Positions 40,011 to 49,814 of a DNA stretch of 64,000 nt are shown here, piece after piece. The stretch lies in NCBI GenBank assembly GCA_051251855.1, contig JBPOGI010000001.1, forward strand, positions 1,632,001 through 1,696,000. Reading direction: 5' to 3'. The translations under genes were made by a program, and so were the position numbers. How positions within the stretch are numbered: the first letter of the stretch is position 1; every line of letters begins with the position of its first letter. Source of the DNA: Roseibacillus sp. (GTDB lineage Bacteria; Verrucomicrobiota; Verrucomicrobiia; Verrucomicrobiales; Akkermansiaceae). The notes under the pieces are model-generated. The model worked only from the letters and a program-made list of their open reading frames with translations, did no database searches and was not told where the DNA came from.

Positions 40011-40182
40011 CGACCTAAGCCTAAATCAGAAAGGCCTCATTGAGAATCGATTGTTTCGCCAACATCCAGAGGTCACTCGTTCCTTTCAGTTTCTCTGAAA
40101 TAGCGGCCTCCTCCAGACTATGAGTGTAATCCTAGGCATCCCGACTGACATTACATTCACAGCCCGAAAGGCTTCACTACAC

Positions 40183-40210
40183 AAAAAACCGCACCTGAAG
40201 AGATGCGGTT
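40183..40210 (-). terminator. Rho-independent terminator of the rpsT operon
   Basis: Minus strand AACCGCATCT-CTTC-AGGTGCGG-TTTTTT. Confidence 0.8.
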
Positions 40211-40235
40211 CGGTAAAACGAGTTTTCCCAAGAAT

Positions 40236-40466
40236 CTAGAGTAGGTCAGCAGCTGTCACAGATTGCTGCTCACGGGAGCCCAGTTCCAGAGCTTGCTCAA
40301 TCACCCGCGGAGCCGAAGCATCGAAGCGATAACCATGACAGTTTGGACAAATGGCAACTCGAGCAGCCACAATAGAGTCACACCCCTCACAGACTTGAAA
40401 GTCATCTGGGCTAGACGCAATCTCGCGCGCCTTAGCGGCCCGACTTTCGATCGCGGTTTCCTCCAT
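40236..40466 (-). CDS. Small zinc-ribbon protein
   Basis: CEGCDSIV...CPNCHGYRF; 76 aa; 14 nt after rpsT. Confidence 0.75.
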   Translation of the reverse strand: MEETAIESRAAKAREIASSPDDFQVCEGCDSIVAARVAICPNCHGYRFDASAPRVIEQALELGSREQQSVTAADLL

Positions 40467-40480
40467 TAAATTTGGGCGCT

Positions 40481-40747
40481 CTACTTGGCAGCAGCCTTGA
40501 TGGCAGCAGCAGCTTTGCTTTTGAGGTTAGCAGCTTTGTTACGGTGGAAGATGCTCTTTTTAGCAGCACGATCTACAGCGGAAGAGTAGCGCGAGAGAGC
40601 CTCTGAAATCGCCTTGTCATCACCACCGGCAGCGGCCTCGTCAACCCCCTTACGGAGATTTTTGACTTTGGTTTTGAAAACACGATTATTAGCGGTGCGG
40701 GTCTCGATCTGACGGACGCGCTTAAGAGCAGAAGGATTGTTAGCCAT
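40481..40747 (-). CDS. rpsT: 30S ribosomal protein S20
   Basis: MANNPSALKRVRQ...N...K...VDRAAKKSIFHRNKAANLKS. Confidence 0.95.
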   Translation of the reverse strand: MANNPSALKRVRQIETRTANNRVFKTKVKNLRKGVDEAAAGGDDKAISEALSRYSSAVDRAAKKSIFHRNKAANLKSKAAAAIKAAAK

Positions 40748-40773
40748 GATGTTTTTTAGCAGAAAGGGGCGCG

Positions 40774-40801
40774 AACCTAGAAGGACCGCGGCCAGTGTCA
40801 A
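40774..40801 (-). promoter_or_regulatory. sigma70-type promoter of rpsT
   Basis: Minus strand TTGACA, N16, TAGGTT. Confidence 0.6.
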
Positions 40802-40809
40802 GAAAAGGA

Positions 40810-41469
40810 TTAGTTCAATTTCAAGCTCAAGTATTTTTTCACGTGAGCAGGCCGGCCATTCCTAGCGTAATACTTACGGCCTTCGGGAGTGCGGTCAAGG
40901 GAACCACGGATAATCTGAATGTCAGCGCCAACCCCCACGCGGCGGTAAAGATCGATTACGTCTTTGGAAGTCATCCGGATACAACCATAGCTCCTTGGAA
41001 GGCCGATATTGCGCTCTTCTGGAGTTCCGTGGATGTAAATCAAGCGACGGAAAGTATTAGAATTGCTCTGCTCCTTACCACGCAACCACATGATACGAGT
41101 CACGATCGGATCGCGACCTGGGGTGTCGGGACGAAGAACTTCACCAGTAGGACGACGGCCCTTAAAAACAGTTCCTGGACGAGCGTTGCCACCAATCTTT
41201 TGGGCAATTTCTAATTTTCCAAGCGGAGTGCGATTGCTCCCTGGAGCACTTCCTTCTCCGAACTTAGAAGTCGAAATCGGATAAAGCTTGGTCGCCTTCC
41301 CCCCCTTGACCAGCAACATGGATTGGTCGCGAACGCTCACGATCATCTCGCTGTCGTTGTCGACCCTGCCACCACTGGAAGAAGAGCTACAGCTCGATAA
41401 ACCGATGACGGCGAGAGCAGCAGCGCCAAAAGAGGCAGCCTTAAGAAGTTGTTTTCCGTAGTTCAACAT
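40810..41469 (-). CDS. L,D-transpeptidase (YkuD) lipoprotein
   Basis: Lipobox LSSC, YPISTSKFG, TPLG, IYIHGTPEE...SYGCIRM. Confidence 0.88.
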   Translation of the reverse strand: MLNYGKQLLKAASFGAAALAVIGLSSCSSSSSGGRVDNDSEMIVSVRDQSMLLVKGGKATKLYPISTSKFGEGSAPGSNRTPLGKLEIAQKIGGNARPGTVFKGRRPTGEVLRPDTPGRDPIVTRIMWLRGKEQSNSNTFRRLIYIHGTPEERNIGLPRSYGCIRMTSKDVIDLYRRVGVGADIQIIRGSLDRTPEGRKYYARNGRPAHVKKYLSLKLN

Positions 41470-41479
41470 AATGAGAATT

Positions 41480-42997
41480 TTAATTTTTGAATGTCACTTT
41501 TTCGGGTGACTTTTTGCGGATGACGCCTGTCTCTAGCAGGATACCAGCCAAAGATGCAAGAGAAGTGTATAAGAATCCTATTGGAAAAGGAAGCAGAAAT
41601 ATAAAGGAAACTAAATTACCTGTCATCAATGCGTCAGCAACGACGAATAGGAAGAAACACCCAAAGAGTAATTCTACTAGGGGCGTAATGGATTTATGGG
41701 CTTTGTAACTGCCCGTGCGCTTCTGTATTGTCCCACCATTTTGGGCAGCGTCTCCATATTTTGGAGTCCTAACGAAGCCGGATTCGCGATTAAAGAGCGC
41801 CTCAATGACTGCTTTCACGTTGTTTAATGACATCCCTATTCCCAGAGCAATGAGCAAAGGAAGATACTTCAGCTCCTTCAACCAAGAATCAGGGCGAAGA
41901 GCCTTCTGTGAGGTCACATAGAAGAAAAGAATCGAGGACATCCCGAAGAACATGATCGGAAGATAGATCAGCTGCTGAGCCCATCCTGGCATATCAGGCT
42001 GAAACTTCTGATTAGGAAAAATCAGGAATAAAAGTAGGAACAGAAGCAAGTAAGCAAAGTTCGCCGTAAGATGCGCGGTTGCCTCCAACTTAATATAAAG
42101 AGGAAATTTGCTCTTCCAAATCTTAGGAAGCACCTTCTTGCACACTTGGATTGAGCCCTTAGTCCAACGATGCTGTTGGTTCTTGAAACCATTCATGTCG
42201 ACCGGAAGCTCTGCAGGGGTTTCTACATCATTGAGGAAAATAAACTTCCACCCCTTCAGCTGCGCTCGGTAGCTCAGGTCCATATCCTCAGTGAGAGTAT
42301 CATGCTCCCAACCACCAGCATCATCGATGCAACTCTTGCGCCAGATTCCCGCAGTGCCATTAAAGGTAAAGAATCGGCCGCTGCGATTACGTGCGGTTTG
42401 CTCCAACTCCAAGTGACCGTCCAGGAACATCGCCTGCACTCGGGTCAGTAGATTAAACGTGCGATTCAGGTGACCCCATCGCGTCTGAATGAGTCCTACT
42501 TTTTCATCGGTGAAGTGATGAACCATCTCGAGGAGGACGTTTGAGTTCGGGACAAAGTCGGCATCAAGAATGAAAATATAGTCCCCTTTTACGGTCGCCA
42601 TCCCATTCTCCAATGCTCCAGCCTTAAAACCAGAGCGATCCGTGCGATGGATGAACTCGACATCGAAACCTTCAGAGCGGAGACGGTCACATTCCCCTCG
42701 TGCAATCTCAGTGGTGTCATCGGTTGAATCATCCAAAAATTGAATGTGCAGCTTCTCCTTTGGATAATCCATCTTGGAGACTGCCTTCAATAGACGCTTT
42801 ACCACATGCCTCTCATTGAAAACGGGTAATTGAACAGTCACCAAAGGCAATTCTTCGAAAACCCCCTTTGCGACGGGCTTATTCCGCGAATGCTTTAGAT
42901 AGAGGAAGATAATCCCCAATCGATGAAAGCTATACGCACTCAATCCAATGAGGACTAAGACGTAGCTGACAAACCAGAACCAGTTGATTGCTTCCAT
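41480..42997 (-). CDS. GT2 processive glycosyltransferase (cellulose synthase-like)
   Basis: VQLPVFNE, DDSTD, KAGAL, DADF, QTRWGH, TED, QQHRW (QxxRW); N- and C-terminal TM helices. Confidence 0.9.
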   Translation of the reverse strand: MEAINWFWFVSYVLVLIGLSAYSFHRLGIIFLYLKHSRNKPVAKGVFEELPLVTVQLPVFNERHVVKRLLKAVSKMDYPKEKLHIQFLDDSTDDTTEIARGECDRLRSEGFDVEFIHRTDRSGFKAGALENGMATVKGDYIFILDADFVPNSNVLLEMVHHFTDEKVGLIQTRWGHLNRTFNLLTRVQAMFLDGHLELEQTARNRSGRFFTFNGTAGIWRKSCIDDAGGWEHDTLTEDMDLSYRAQLKGWKFIFLNDVETPAELPVDMNGFKNQQHRWTKGSIQVCKKVLPKIWKSKFPLYIKLEATAHLTANFAYLLLFLLLFLIFPNQKFQPDMPGWAQQLIYLPIMFFGMSSILFFYVTSQKALRPDSWLKELKYLPLLIALGIGMSLNNVKAVIEALFNRESGFVRTPKYGDAAQNGGTIQKRTGSYKAHKSITPLVELLFGCFFLFVVADALMTGNLVSFIFLLPFPIGFLYTSLASLAGILLETGVIRKKSPEKVTFKN

Positions 42998-43394
42998 AAA
43001 TAATATCGGGGAACACTTACGTAGACTCCCGAAGCGCTCGTTTGCTCGACTTTTTTCCTTTTGTCAAGACGGGCGCGCGACTTCCAGGCCACCCCGAAAG
43101 CTACGTTAACCCTTAACATCCAGTCAATTGCAAAAAACTTATTAACATTCAATAAACCGAAAATAAATTTAATTGTGACCATTTATTGTTTCATTTGATT
43201 GCTTCAAAAGACAAAAAAGAGAGTCAATCCCACTTTCAAGCAATCAACCTCAAAAAGGAATAACCAACACCGAATCCATCGGACCACCTCTGACCGAGAA
43301 AATGGGGTCAACTCACATTAAAGACAGGTAAACACAATTCCCGTGTATTGGTCGTTGTCTCTTGGCTCAGGCCTCGCCTAAACTCACCAAAGTT

Positions 43395-44921
43395 TTGAGC
43401 TATCAGGTTTTCGCCCGCAAATATCGCCCTCGCACCTTCCAAGATGTCTTGGGACAGGATCACGTGGTCCGCACTCTTCGCAATGCCATCGAACAAGGCC
43501 GCCTAGCGCACGCTTATCTCTTCGTTGGTCCTCGCGGCACGGGCAAAACTTCTACTGCTCGCATCTTTGCTAAAGCCCTCAACAATCCAGGAGGTCCCTC
43601 CATCGATTTCGACCCCGATGACCCCGATCTCATCGAAATCGCGGAAGGAAACTCGCTCGACGTCCTCGAAATCGATGGAGCCTCTAATAATGGCGTCGAA
43701 CAAGTCCGCCAACTCCGCGAAACGGTGCAATACGCTCCCGCGAAGTCCCCCTTCAAGATCTACTACATCGATGAGGTCCATATGCTCTCCAACGCGGCCT
43801 TCAACGCTCTCTTGAAAACTCTGGAGGAGCCGCCCGAGCACGTGAAATTCATCTTCGCGACTACGGAGCCCAACAAAATTCTCCCCACCATTATTTCTCG
43901 CTGCCAGCGCTTTGACCTCCGGCCCATCCCCACCGACATCATTGCCAAGCAACTTCTTCACATTGCCACCGAGGAAAGCGTCAATCTCGACGAACCTGCC
44001 GCCTGGGCTATTGCCAAAGGTGCCGACGGCGGCATGCGCGACGCCCAGTCGATGCTCGATCAACTCGTTGCCTTCTGTGGAGAGCATATCAAGGAGGATG
44101 ACGTGCAACACATCTTCGGTTTCACCTCAGGCGAAACCATAGCCACCCTCATCGACGCCGTCTTTGAGAAAAACACCTCAAGCCTCCTCAACCGCCTCAA
44201 TGACCTTGCTGCTTCAGGAAAAAACCTCTCCCAGCTCCTCCAAGAGCTCATCAACACCATTCGTGCACTTCTCATTCACAAGATTGACCCCAAAGCTGGG
44301 CGAGAAGGTCTCTCCTCCGAAGTCTGGGAAAACCTGACCACTCTTACCAAAGACACCCCCACCGACCGTCTTCTTGCGCTCATCGAGATTCTCTCTACCG
44401 CTGAAGCCAGTATGCGCTGGGCTGCCAACAAACAACTCCATCTGGAGCTTGCTCTCATCCGGTCCGTCGAAGCCCTCGACGAGATCCGCATCTCAGACGT
44501 CATTCGAACTCTCGAAAAAGGAGGACTCTCTGAAAGCATGACCGAGGTCGCCTCTGCGAGCCCTCCTGCCCCTCAATCTGAAGCAGTAGTAAAAGCAGAA
44601 GCAGAAGCGCCCTCCCAAAGCGAGCCTACTCCGGAAGCGCAACCAAACCCCGAGCCACAAACTCCTCCTCAAGAGAGCAAACCAGACCCTGCTCCCGAAG
44701 GAAAGGCACCCGTCAAAGGTCTCAGTGCTATCGAACGGCTCATGCAGGACGCCCCCGATGAACGAGAGGACGAGCCTGAACCCACCCCCACCGCATCAGC
44801 CCCTAAGAAAAAGGACGAACCAGCCCCTGAATCCAAAACGCCTCCTCCTGCAGACAACTTTCACAACGACCCCCTCATCCAAGACGCCGTCGAAATATTT
44901 AAAGGCAAACTTAAGAGTTAG
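43395..44921 (+). CDS. dnaX: DNA polymerase III subunit gamma/tau
   Basis: YQVFARKYRP, GPRGTGKTS, EIDGASN, IDEVHML, LLKTLEEPP, SRCQ; TTG start at 43395. Confidence 0.95.
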   Translation: MSYQVFARKYRPRTFQDVLGQDHVVRTLRNAIEQGRLAHAYLFVGPRGTGKTSTARIFAKALNNPGGPSIDFDPDDPDLIEIAEGNSLDVLEIDGASNNGVEQVRQLRETVQYAPAKSPFKIYYIDEVHMLSNAAFNALLKTLEEPPEHVKFIFATTEPNKILPTIISRCQRFDLRPIPTDIIAKQLLHIATEESVNLDEPAAWAIAKGADGGMRDAQSMLDQLVAFCGEHIKEDDVQHIFGFTSGETIATLIDAVFEKNTSSLLNRLNDLAASGKNLSQLLQELINTIRALLIHKIDPKAGREGLSSEVWENLTTLTKDTPTDRLLALIEILSTAEASMRWAANKQLHLELALIRSVEALDEIRISDVIRTLEKGGLSESMTEVASASPPAPQSEAVVKAEAEAPSQSEPTPEAQPNPEPQTPPQESKPDPAPEGKAPVKGLSAIERLMQDAPDEREDEPEPTPTASAPKKKDEPAPESKTPPPADNFHNDPLIQDAVEIFKGKLKS

Positions 44922-44965
44922 CCGAGACTCTCACCAAAATTAAAAACCTCCAACCTTCTCATTTT

Positions 44966-45253
44966 ATGAATATCGCCAAGCTCATGCAGCAAGCCCAGAA
45001 ACTGCAACAAGCCCAATCTGAACTCTCAACTAAGACTGCTCAGGCCATCGACCCCTCCGGTAAAGTGACGGTAGTCGCTAACGGCGCCGGTGAACTCCAA
45101 TCTCTCTCTATCGACCCAGCTATCATCTCAGCGGACGACACCGAGTTCTTACAAAATCTCATTCTGACGACCTGCAACACCGCCCTCAAAGAAGCACGTG
45201 AGCAAGCCGCACAAGAGATGGCCTCCAATCTCAACATCCCCGGCTTAGGCTAG
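44966..45253 (+). CDS. ybaB: YbaB/EbfC nucleoid-associated protein
   Basis: MNIAKLMQQAQKLQ, GKVTVVANG, IDP, LQNLI; directly after dnaX. Confidence 0.9.
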   Translation: MNIAKLMQQAQKLQQAQSELSTKTAQAIDPSGKVTVVANGAGELQSLSIDPAIISADDTEFLQNLILTTCNTALKEAREQAAQEMASNLNIPGLG

Positions 45254-45271
45254 CATTCCTCGCCTTTCTTC

Positions 45272-46273
45272 ATGACAAGAACTCGGCACCCTTTCGGACT
45301 AGCTTTGGTGCTCATCTCGCTTGCGCTCAATCTCGTCGCGATTGTCCTTTTCGTGCGGCAACCAGACACCTTTACGGCGTTCACCGTGCTCCCCTTTTGG
45401 CTTTGGGGAAGCCTTGGCCTCCTCCTCTCACTCACCTCCTATTTCCTCTTCCGTTCTCCGCTCGCCCTCTTTACCTCCACGATTTGGTTCGCATCCATTC
45501 TTGTCCTCTCTGATGAAGCACCTGCACTCGTCCGCCTAGGTCAAACCTCTCCAGAGAAAGGGGCTCCTCAACCCTACCTCAACCGCAAGCCCCTCCGCAT
45601 TGTCTCCTGCAACTGGTCAAGCTACAATGGCCCTCTCTTCTCTGCTATCGCTCCTTGGGAACCTGACATCGTCTTTATTCAAGAGATGCCTCATCCCTAC
45701 CTCCTCAAACAACTTGCCAACTCCCTCTACGGAGATACTGGCGACTACCGCTACGACGAAGACCACCTCTGCGGTGTTGTGCTCCGTGGCCGGATTAAAA
45801 AAGCCCTTCTCGAGCCCCAATACCGCTCGCAATACCTCACCGCACTTCTCCCGAACGGGAACCTTGTCGAGCTCGTCAATCTGCACCTTCAACCTGCCTC
45901 AACCAACCTCACTCTCTGGCACCCCAGTTGCTGGAAGGAACATCGTAACAACCGTATCCAACGCCGTAACGAGATTGGCTTCGCTCTTGCATTCCTGCGC
46001 GAATACACCCCGTTCCCCAATCGTCCCACCCTCATTGCTGGCGACTTTAACGCCCCAGCTTCCGACGGGGCCACCAACGTCCTCCAAGAAGATTTCACCG
46101 ATACCTTTCGCGCCGTCGGCACCGGTTGGGGCAACACCTATCATCGCCGTGTTCCCGTGTTGAGACTCGACCGCATCTACGCCTCGCATCACTTCCTGCC
46201 CCTGCGCTCTCGAGCGGTTGCTATCCCTCAATCGGAGCACCGCATCATCGTTTCCGACCTCCTTCTCGAGTAA
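45272..46273 (+). CDS. Membrane-anchored endonuclease/exonuclease/phosphatase (EEP) protein
   Basis: Three N-terminal TM helices, PDIVFIQE, NLHL, AGDFN, RLDRIY, SEHR. Confidence 0.85.
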   Translation: MTRTRHPFGLALVLISLALNLVAIVLFVRQPDTFTAFTVLPFWLWGSLGLLLSLTSYFLFRSPLALFTSTIWFASILVLSDEAPALVRLGQTSPEKGAPQPYLNRKPLRIVSCNWSSYNGPLFSAIAPWEPDIVFIQEMPHPYLLKQLANSLYGDTGDYRYDEDHLCGVVLRGRIKKALLEPQYRSQYLTALLPNGNLVELVNLHLQPASTNLTLWHPSCWKEHRNNRIQRRNEIGFALAFLREYTPFPNRPTLIAGDFNAPASDGATNVLQEDFTDTFRAVGTGWGNTYHRRVPVLRLDRIYASHHFLPLRSRAVAIPQSEHRIIVSDLLLE

Positions 46274-46277
46274 CCCT

Positions 46278-47189
46278 CTACTTTAGAAAAATATCCGAAA
46301 TCCTCTTCGCAGTCGTCACCGTATTACGATGAATTTTTGCAGTTCCTTCCGACGTTCGATTGTAGCCTCCGCCATACAGCACCGTCACCGGAATTCGGTT
46401 CCGCAAAAACGCACTCAGAATCACCTCATCTCGCCGCTGCAGGTCCTTCACCGAAAGCATCATTTGCCCAAAGCGGTCATTGCGATGGTTATCCGCACCC
46501 GCAATCCAAATCACCAAATCCGGTGAAAAGACATCCAGCGCCGCCGCCAACGAAGTAAAAAGCTGCTTAAGATACATCTCCCCCTCGACATAGCGCACCG
46601 TCTCCACATCCATCGAGGAAACCTCTTTGCGCGAGGGATAGTTCTTCCCCACGTGAATCGAATACGTAAACACTCTTGGATCACCCTCCAAAATCGAAGC
46701 CGTCCCATTCCCCTGATGAGCATCCGTATCCACCACCATCACCCGAATCCCCGGCCGCTTCAGTTGCACATCCTTAATCGCAATCGCGACGTCATTGAAA
46801 ACACAATAGCCCTCGCCATGTTCACGAAAGGCATGATGCGTTCCTCCCGCTAAACAAATCGCAATGCCATCCTCCAGCGCCGCATGGCAAGCCTGTCGCG
46901 TCGCCTCCACCTCAGTCGAACTCCGCTCGAAAAGCCGCCCACTCACCGGCAATCCAATCTTCAATTGCTCCTTCCGATCCAAGCGCCCCAGATAAATCTT
47001 CTCCAAATAGCTCTCATCATGGACCCGACGCAAAACATGCTGATCCGCTGCCCGCACCTCCACAATATCTTCCCCGCGCACTACGCCGCTATCGATCAGC
47101 ATATCCTTAGACACCCGAAATTTATCCATCGGAAAAGGATGCCCCGCTGGCAGGGCAAGTTCGAAGTCTGGTGAGTAAAAACACTTCAT
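46278..47189 (-). CDS. Histone deacetylase-family protein (HDAC11-like)
   Basis: HPFPMDKF, GGTHHA, GYCVFND, DTDAHQGNGT, GGGY. Confidence 0.92.
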   Translation of the reverse strand: MKCFYSPDFELALPAGHPFPMDKFRVSKDMLIDSGVVRGEDIVEVRAADQHVLRRVHDESYLEKIYLGRLDRKEQLKIGLPVSGRLFERSSTEVEATRQACHAALEDGIAICLAGGTHHAFREHGEGYCVFNDVAIAIKDVQLKRPGIRVMVVDTDAHQGNGTASILEGDPRVFTYSIHVGKNYPSRKEVSSMDVETVRYVEGEMYLKQLFTSLAAALDVFSPDLVIWIAGADNHRNDRFGQMMLSVKDLQRRDEVILSAFLRNRIPVTVLYGGGYNRTSEGTAKIHRNTVTTAKRISDIFLK

Positions 47190-47266
47190 AGAGCGGACCG
47201 CAAAACTACCCCTCCTTCACTGCTAGCGCAAACCCCCATCAGGGCAGTTTTTTGAACTCGTTCCAG

Positions 47267-49810
47267 CTACTTTCCCTCCCAATTGTGCTTGGGATAGCGC
47301 CCCGCCAAATCTTTCTTCATCTGGGGAAACCCCGTCTCCCAAAACCCCTCCAAATCCTTCGTCACCTGCCAAGGCCGCTGGTTGGGCGCACAAATTTTCA
47401 CCACCAGCTTTTGCCCTCCCGGCAAAGTCGGCGTCTTATCCACCCCATAGAGCCGCTGCACCTTTTCCTCAAACCAAGGCTCTTCTTGGTCCTTGTAATT
47501 CACGCGCGTATTGATGCCATTGCTCAGGCTCACCTTCTCAGGCGCATACCCCTCCAAGCTCGCCCGCTGCATCGCCGAGAGAAACTCCCGCAACACCGGC
47601 TTCACCTCGCGATTTTTCACCTCCCGCAAACTCCCCGCCCCTTCACACACTCCCGCAATCACAAAGCGTCGCTCCTCGACCCCAAACTCCGGCATCTCCA
47701 ACTCCGGCATCGCCTTCGCCAAAAAATTCACCCGTGCAATCCACCGCTCCACCCCCGCATCCCAGTTCTTCAGCGGCGCATTCCCCGCCAACACCTGCTC
47801 CGCCAAAATTTCCCCCGCTAGCTCCTTGCTCACCGTCCCGCCATCGCTCTCCTCCACCACCAAGTCATCGAACATCACCCGCTTGCGCGCCACCACCTTC
47901 CGCGTCGCCTCATCCCATTCCGCGCCATCGGTCAGCCGCAGCACCCCCGGAAAAAACTCTTCCAACCACTCGGTCTTCACCCGCACACAGCTGCGCAGGT
48001 AAGTCACCATCTCACGCCCCTCCACTTCCGTCGCTTCGCAAGCGACAAAGACTTTGGAAAAACGTCCCACGCTCGTCTCATCTAACTTCCCTTTCCGCTG
48101 TCCCACCAACCGCGAAGACAAAGTCGCCTCCCCCAACCGCACTCCCACTCGATCCCCAAAGGCCAACAACACCGCCTTCGCCAATGCCTCTCCATTCCAC
48201 TCGAACCTCACCCGGTCCAAAGACATCTTGCGACTCTTTGCAATGCCACAGAGCTGCTTCCAAGTCGCCAGCATCTCGCGCGCATTGCGACCCTGCACCC
48301 CCATCGAACGACAATTCTCCACTCGAAAGTTCGCCTTCTCCGCCTCCGCTACCGCCCGCCAATCCGCCTCAAAGTCCGACCAGTCCCCTTCCTCCACAAA
48401 GCGTTCCCGATCCTTCCCAGCCTTCTTAGCAAAGACCCCCTCACCCTGCAACACCGCCGCCGCAAAGCAGGCCTCACTCACACAATCCAAGTCCTGCGCC
48501 GCCAACAACAAGCGCGCCATCCGAGGATGCAACGGGAACCCCGCCATCAAACGCCCCTCCTTCGTAAGCTCCCCCTCATCGACTGCTCCCAAGCGCCCTA
48601 ACAGAGACTCAGCTCGCGCCAAAGACTCCTCCTCCGGTCCATCCAACCATCGAAAGCCCTTCACCCTATTCCACCCCGCCGTCTTTAGATAAAGCACCGC
48701 CTCCGCCAAATCCACTCGCTTCACTTCCGGCAATTCAAAGCCCTCCCGCCGACCATGGTCCGCCTCCGACCACAAGCGGACACACTTCCCCGGCCCCGTC
48801 CGCCCCGCACGCCCTGCCCGCTGCTCCGCTGCCGCCCGCGAAATCGGAGAAACCAGCAAGGAGTCAATCCCCCGCCGGACATCGAACTTCGCCATCCGCG
48901 CCAACCCCGAATCGACCACTAAAGAAATGCCATCGATCGTGATCGAAGTCTCCGCCACATTCGTCGCCACGATAATTCGAGGCCCGCCCCCAGTCGCGAC
49001 CGCCGCTCTCTGCGCCTGTGGTGGCAACCCTGAATAAAGCGGCAAAACCTCATACCCACGCGCCACCGAAGACCTCCCTAACAATTCCACCGTCTTCCGA
49101 ATCTCATGCATCCCCGGCATGAAAACCAACACCCGCCTATCCTTCTCTGGATCGAGCGCAGCATCCCGCAACACCTTCCCCACCCGTTCCCAAAGCACCT
49201 CATCTTCCATCCGCCCAAAACGATTCCGCTTCCGCTCACTCGCACCAGCGTAACTCACCTCCACCGGATAACGCCTCCCCTCCGACTGCAACAACTCACA
49301 AGGCGCCAAGTAATCCTCCAACCCCAGCAACTCCAGCGTCGCCGACATCACCCCCACCCGCAACTCCGGCCGGCGTTCCTGTAAATCCAATACCCGCCCC
49401 AGCGCCAAATCACTCGCCAAGCGCCGCTCATGAAACTCATCAAAAAGAACACAACTCACCCCCGGCAACTCTGGATTCTCCGCCAACCACCGCTGCAAAA
49501 CCCCATCCGTCACATAGACCAAGCGCGTCTTGGGACCGTAGACCTTCTCAAATCTCACCGAATACCCCACCGCCTCACCAACTCTTGAACTAACCAAAGA
49601 AGCCACATACTCGGCCAGCATTCGAGCCGCAATCCGACGCGGCTGCACCACCACAATGCGCCCCGTAAAATCAGCCTCCTCCAATAGCAACTTCGGCACC
49701 ACCGTCGACTTTCCAGACCCCGTAGGAGCCTTCAGCAAGACCCGCCCCAAACCACCGTCCGCGAAGGCAGCCAACAAATCATTCTTCACCTCCAAGACCG
49801 GTAAGCTCAT
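47267..49810 (-). CDS. hrpB: ATP-dependent RNA helicase HrpB
   Basis: APTGSGKST, PRRIAAR, DEFHER, MSAT, ATNVAETSITI, QRAGRAGR, QVTKDLEGFW, GRYPKHNW. Confidence 0.93.
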   Translation of the reverse strand: MSLPVLEVKNDLLAAFADGGLGRVLLKAPTGSGKSTVVPKLLLEEADFTGRIVVVQPRRIAARMLAEYVASLVSSRVGEAVGYSVRFEKVYGPKTRLVYVTDGVLQRWLAENPELPGVSCVLFDEFHERRLASDLALGRVLDLQERRPELRVGVMSATLELLGLEDYLAPCELLQSEGRRYPVEVSYAGASERKRNRFGRMEDEVLWERVGKVLRDAALDPEKDRRVLVFMPGMHEIRKTVELLGRSSVARGYEVLPLYSGLPPQAQRAAVATGGGPRIIVATNVAETSITIDGISLVVDSGLARMAKFDVRRGIDSLLVSPISRAAAEQRAGRAGRTGPGKCVRLWSEADHGRREGFELPEVKRVDLAEAVLYLKTAGWNRVKGFRWLDGPEEESLARAESLLGRLGAVDEGELTKEGRLMAGFPLHPRMARLLLAAQDLDCVSEACFAAAVLQGEGVFAKKAGKDRERFVEEGDWSDFEADWRAVAEAEKANFRVENCRSMGVQGRNAREMLATWKQLCGIAKSRKMSLDRVRFEWNGEALAKAVLLAFGDRVGVRLGEATLSSRLVGQRKGKLDETSVGRFSKVFVACEATEVEGREMVTYLRSCVRVKTEWLEEFFPGVLRLTDGAEWDEATRKVVARKRVMFDDLVVEESDGGTVSKELAGEILAEQVLAGNAPLKNWDAGVERWIARVNFLAKAMPELEMPEFGVEERRFVIAGVCEGAGSLREVKNREVKPVLREFLSAMQRASLEGYAPEKVSLSNGINTRVNYKDQEEPWFEEKVQRLYGVDKTPTLPGGQKLVVKICAPNQRPWQVTKDLEGFWETGFPQMKKDLAGRYPKHNWEGK

Positions 49811-49814
49811 CCTC

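Noticed and set aside
43000..43394. SRP RNA (ffs), tRNA or oriC upstream of dnaX
   Set aside because: No SRP domain IV motif, cloverleaf or DnaA boxes seen, and the strand skew does not switch.
43395..44921. Programmed frameshift in dnaX (gamma/tau)
   Set aside because: I found no A AAA AAG heptamer with a downstream hairpin and no long A run; AAGAAAAAG near 44805 has only five consecutive As.
47252..49384. Several long + strand ORFs opposite hrpB, and similar Pro/Ser-rich ORFs elsewhere
   Set aside because: Shadow ORFs produced by skewed codon usage; low complexity, no motifs, fully overlapping well-supported genes.
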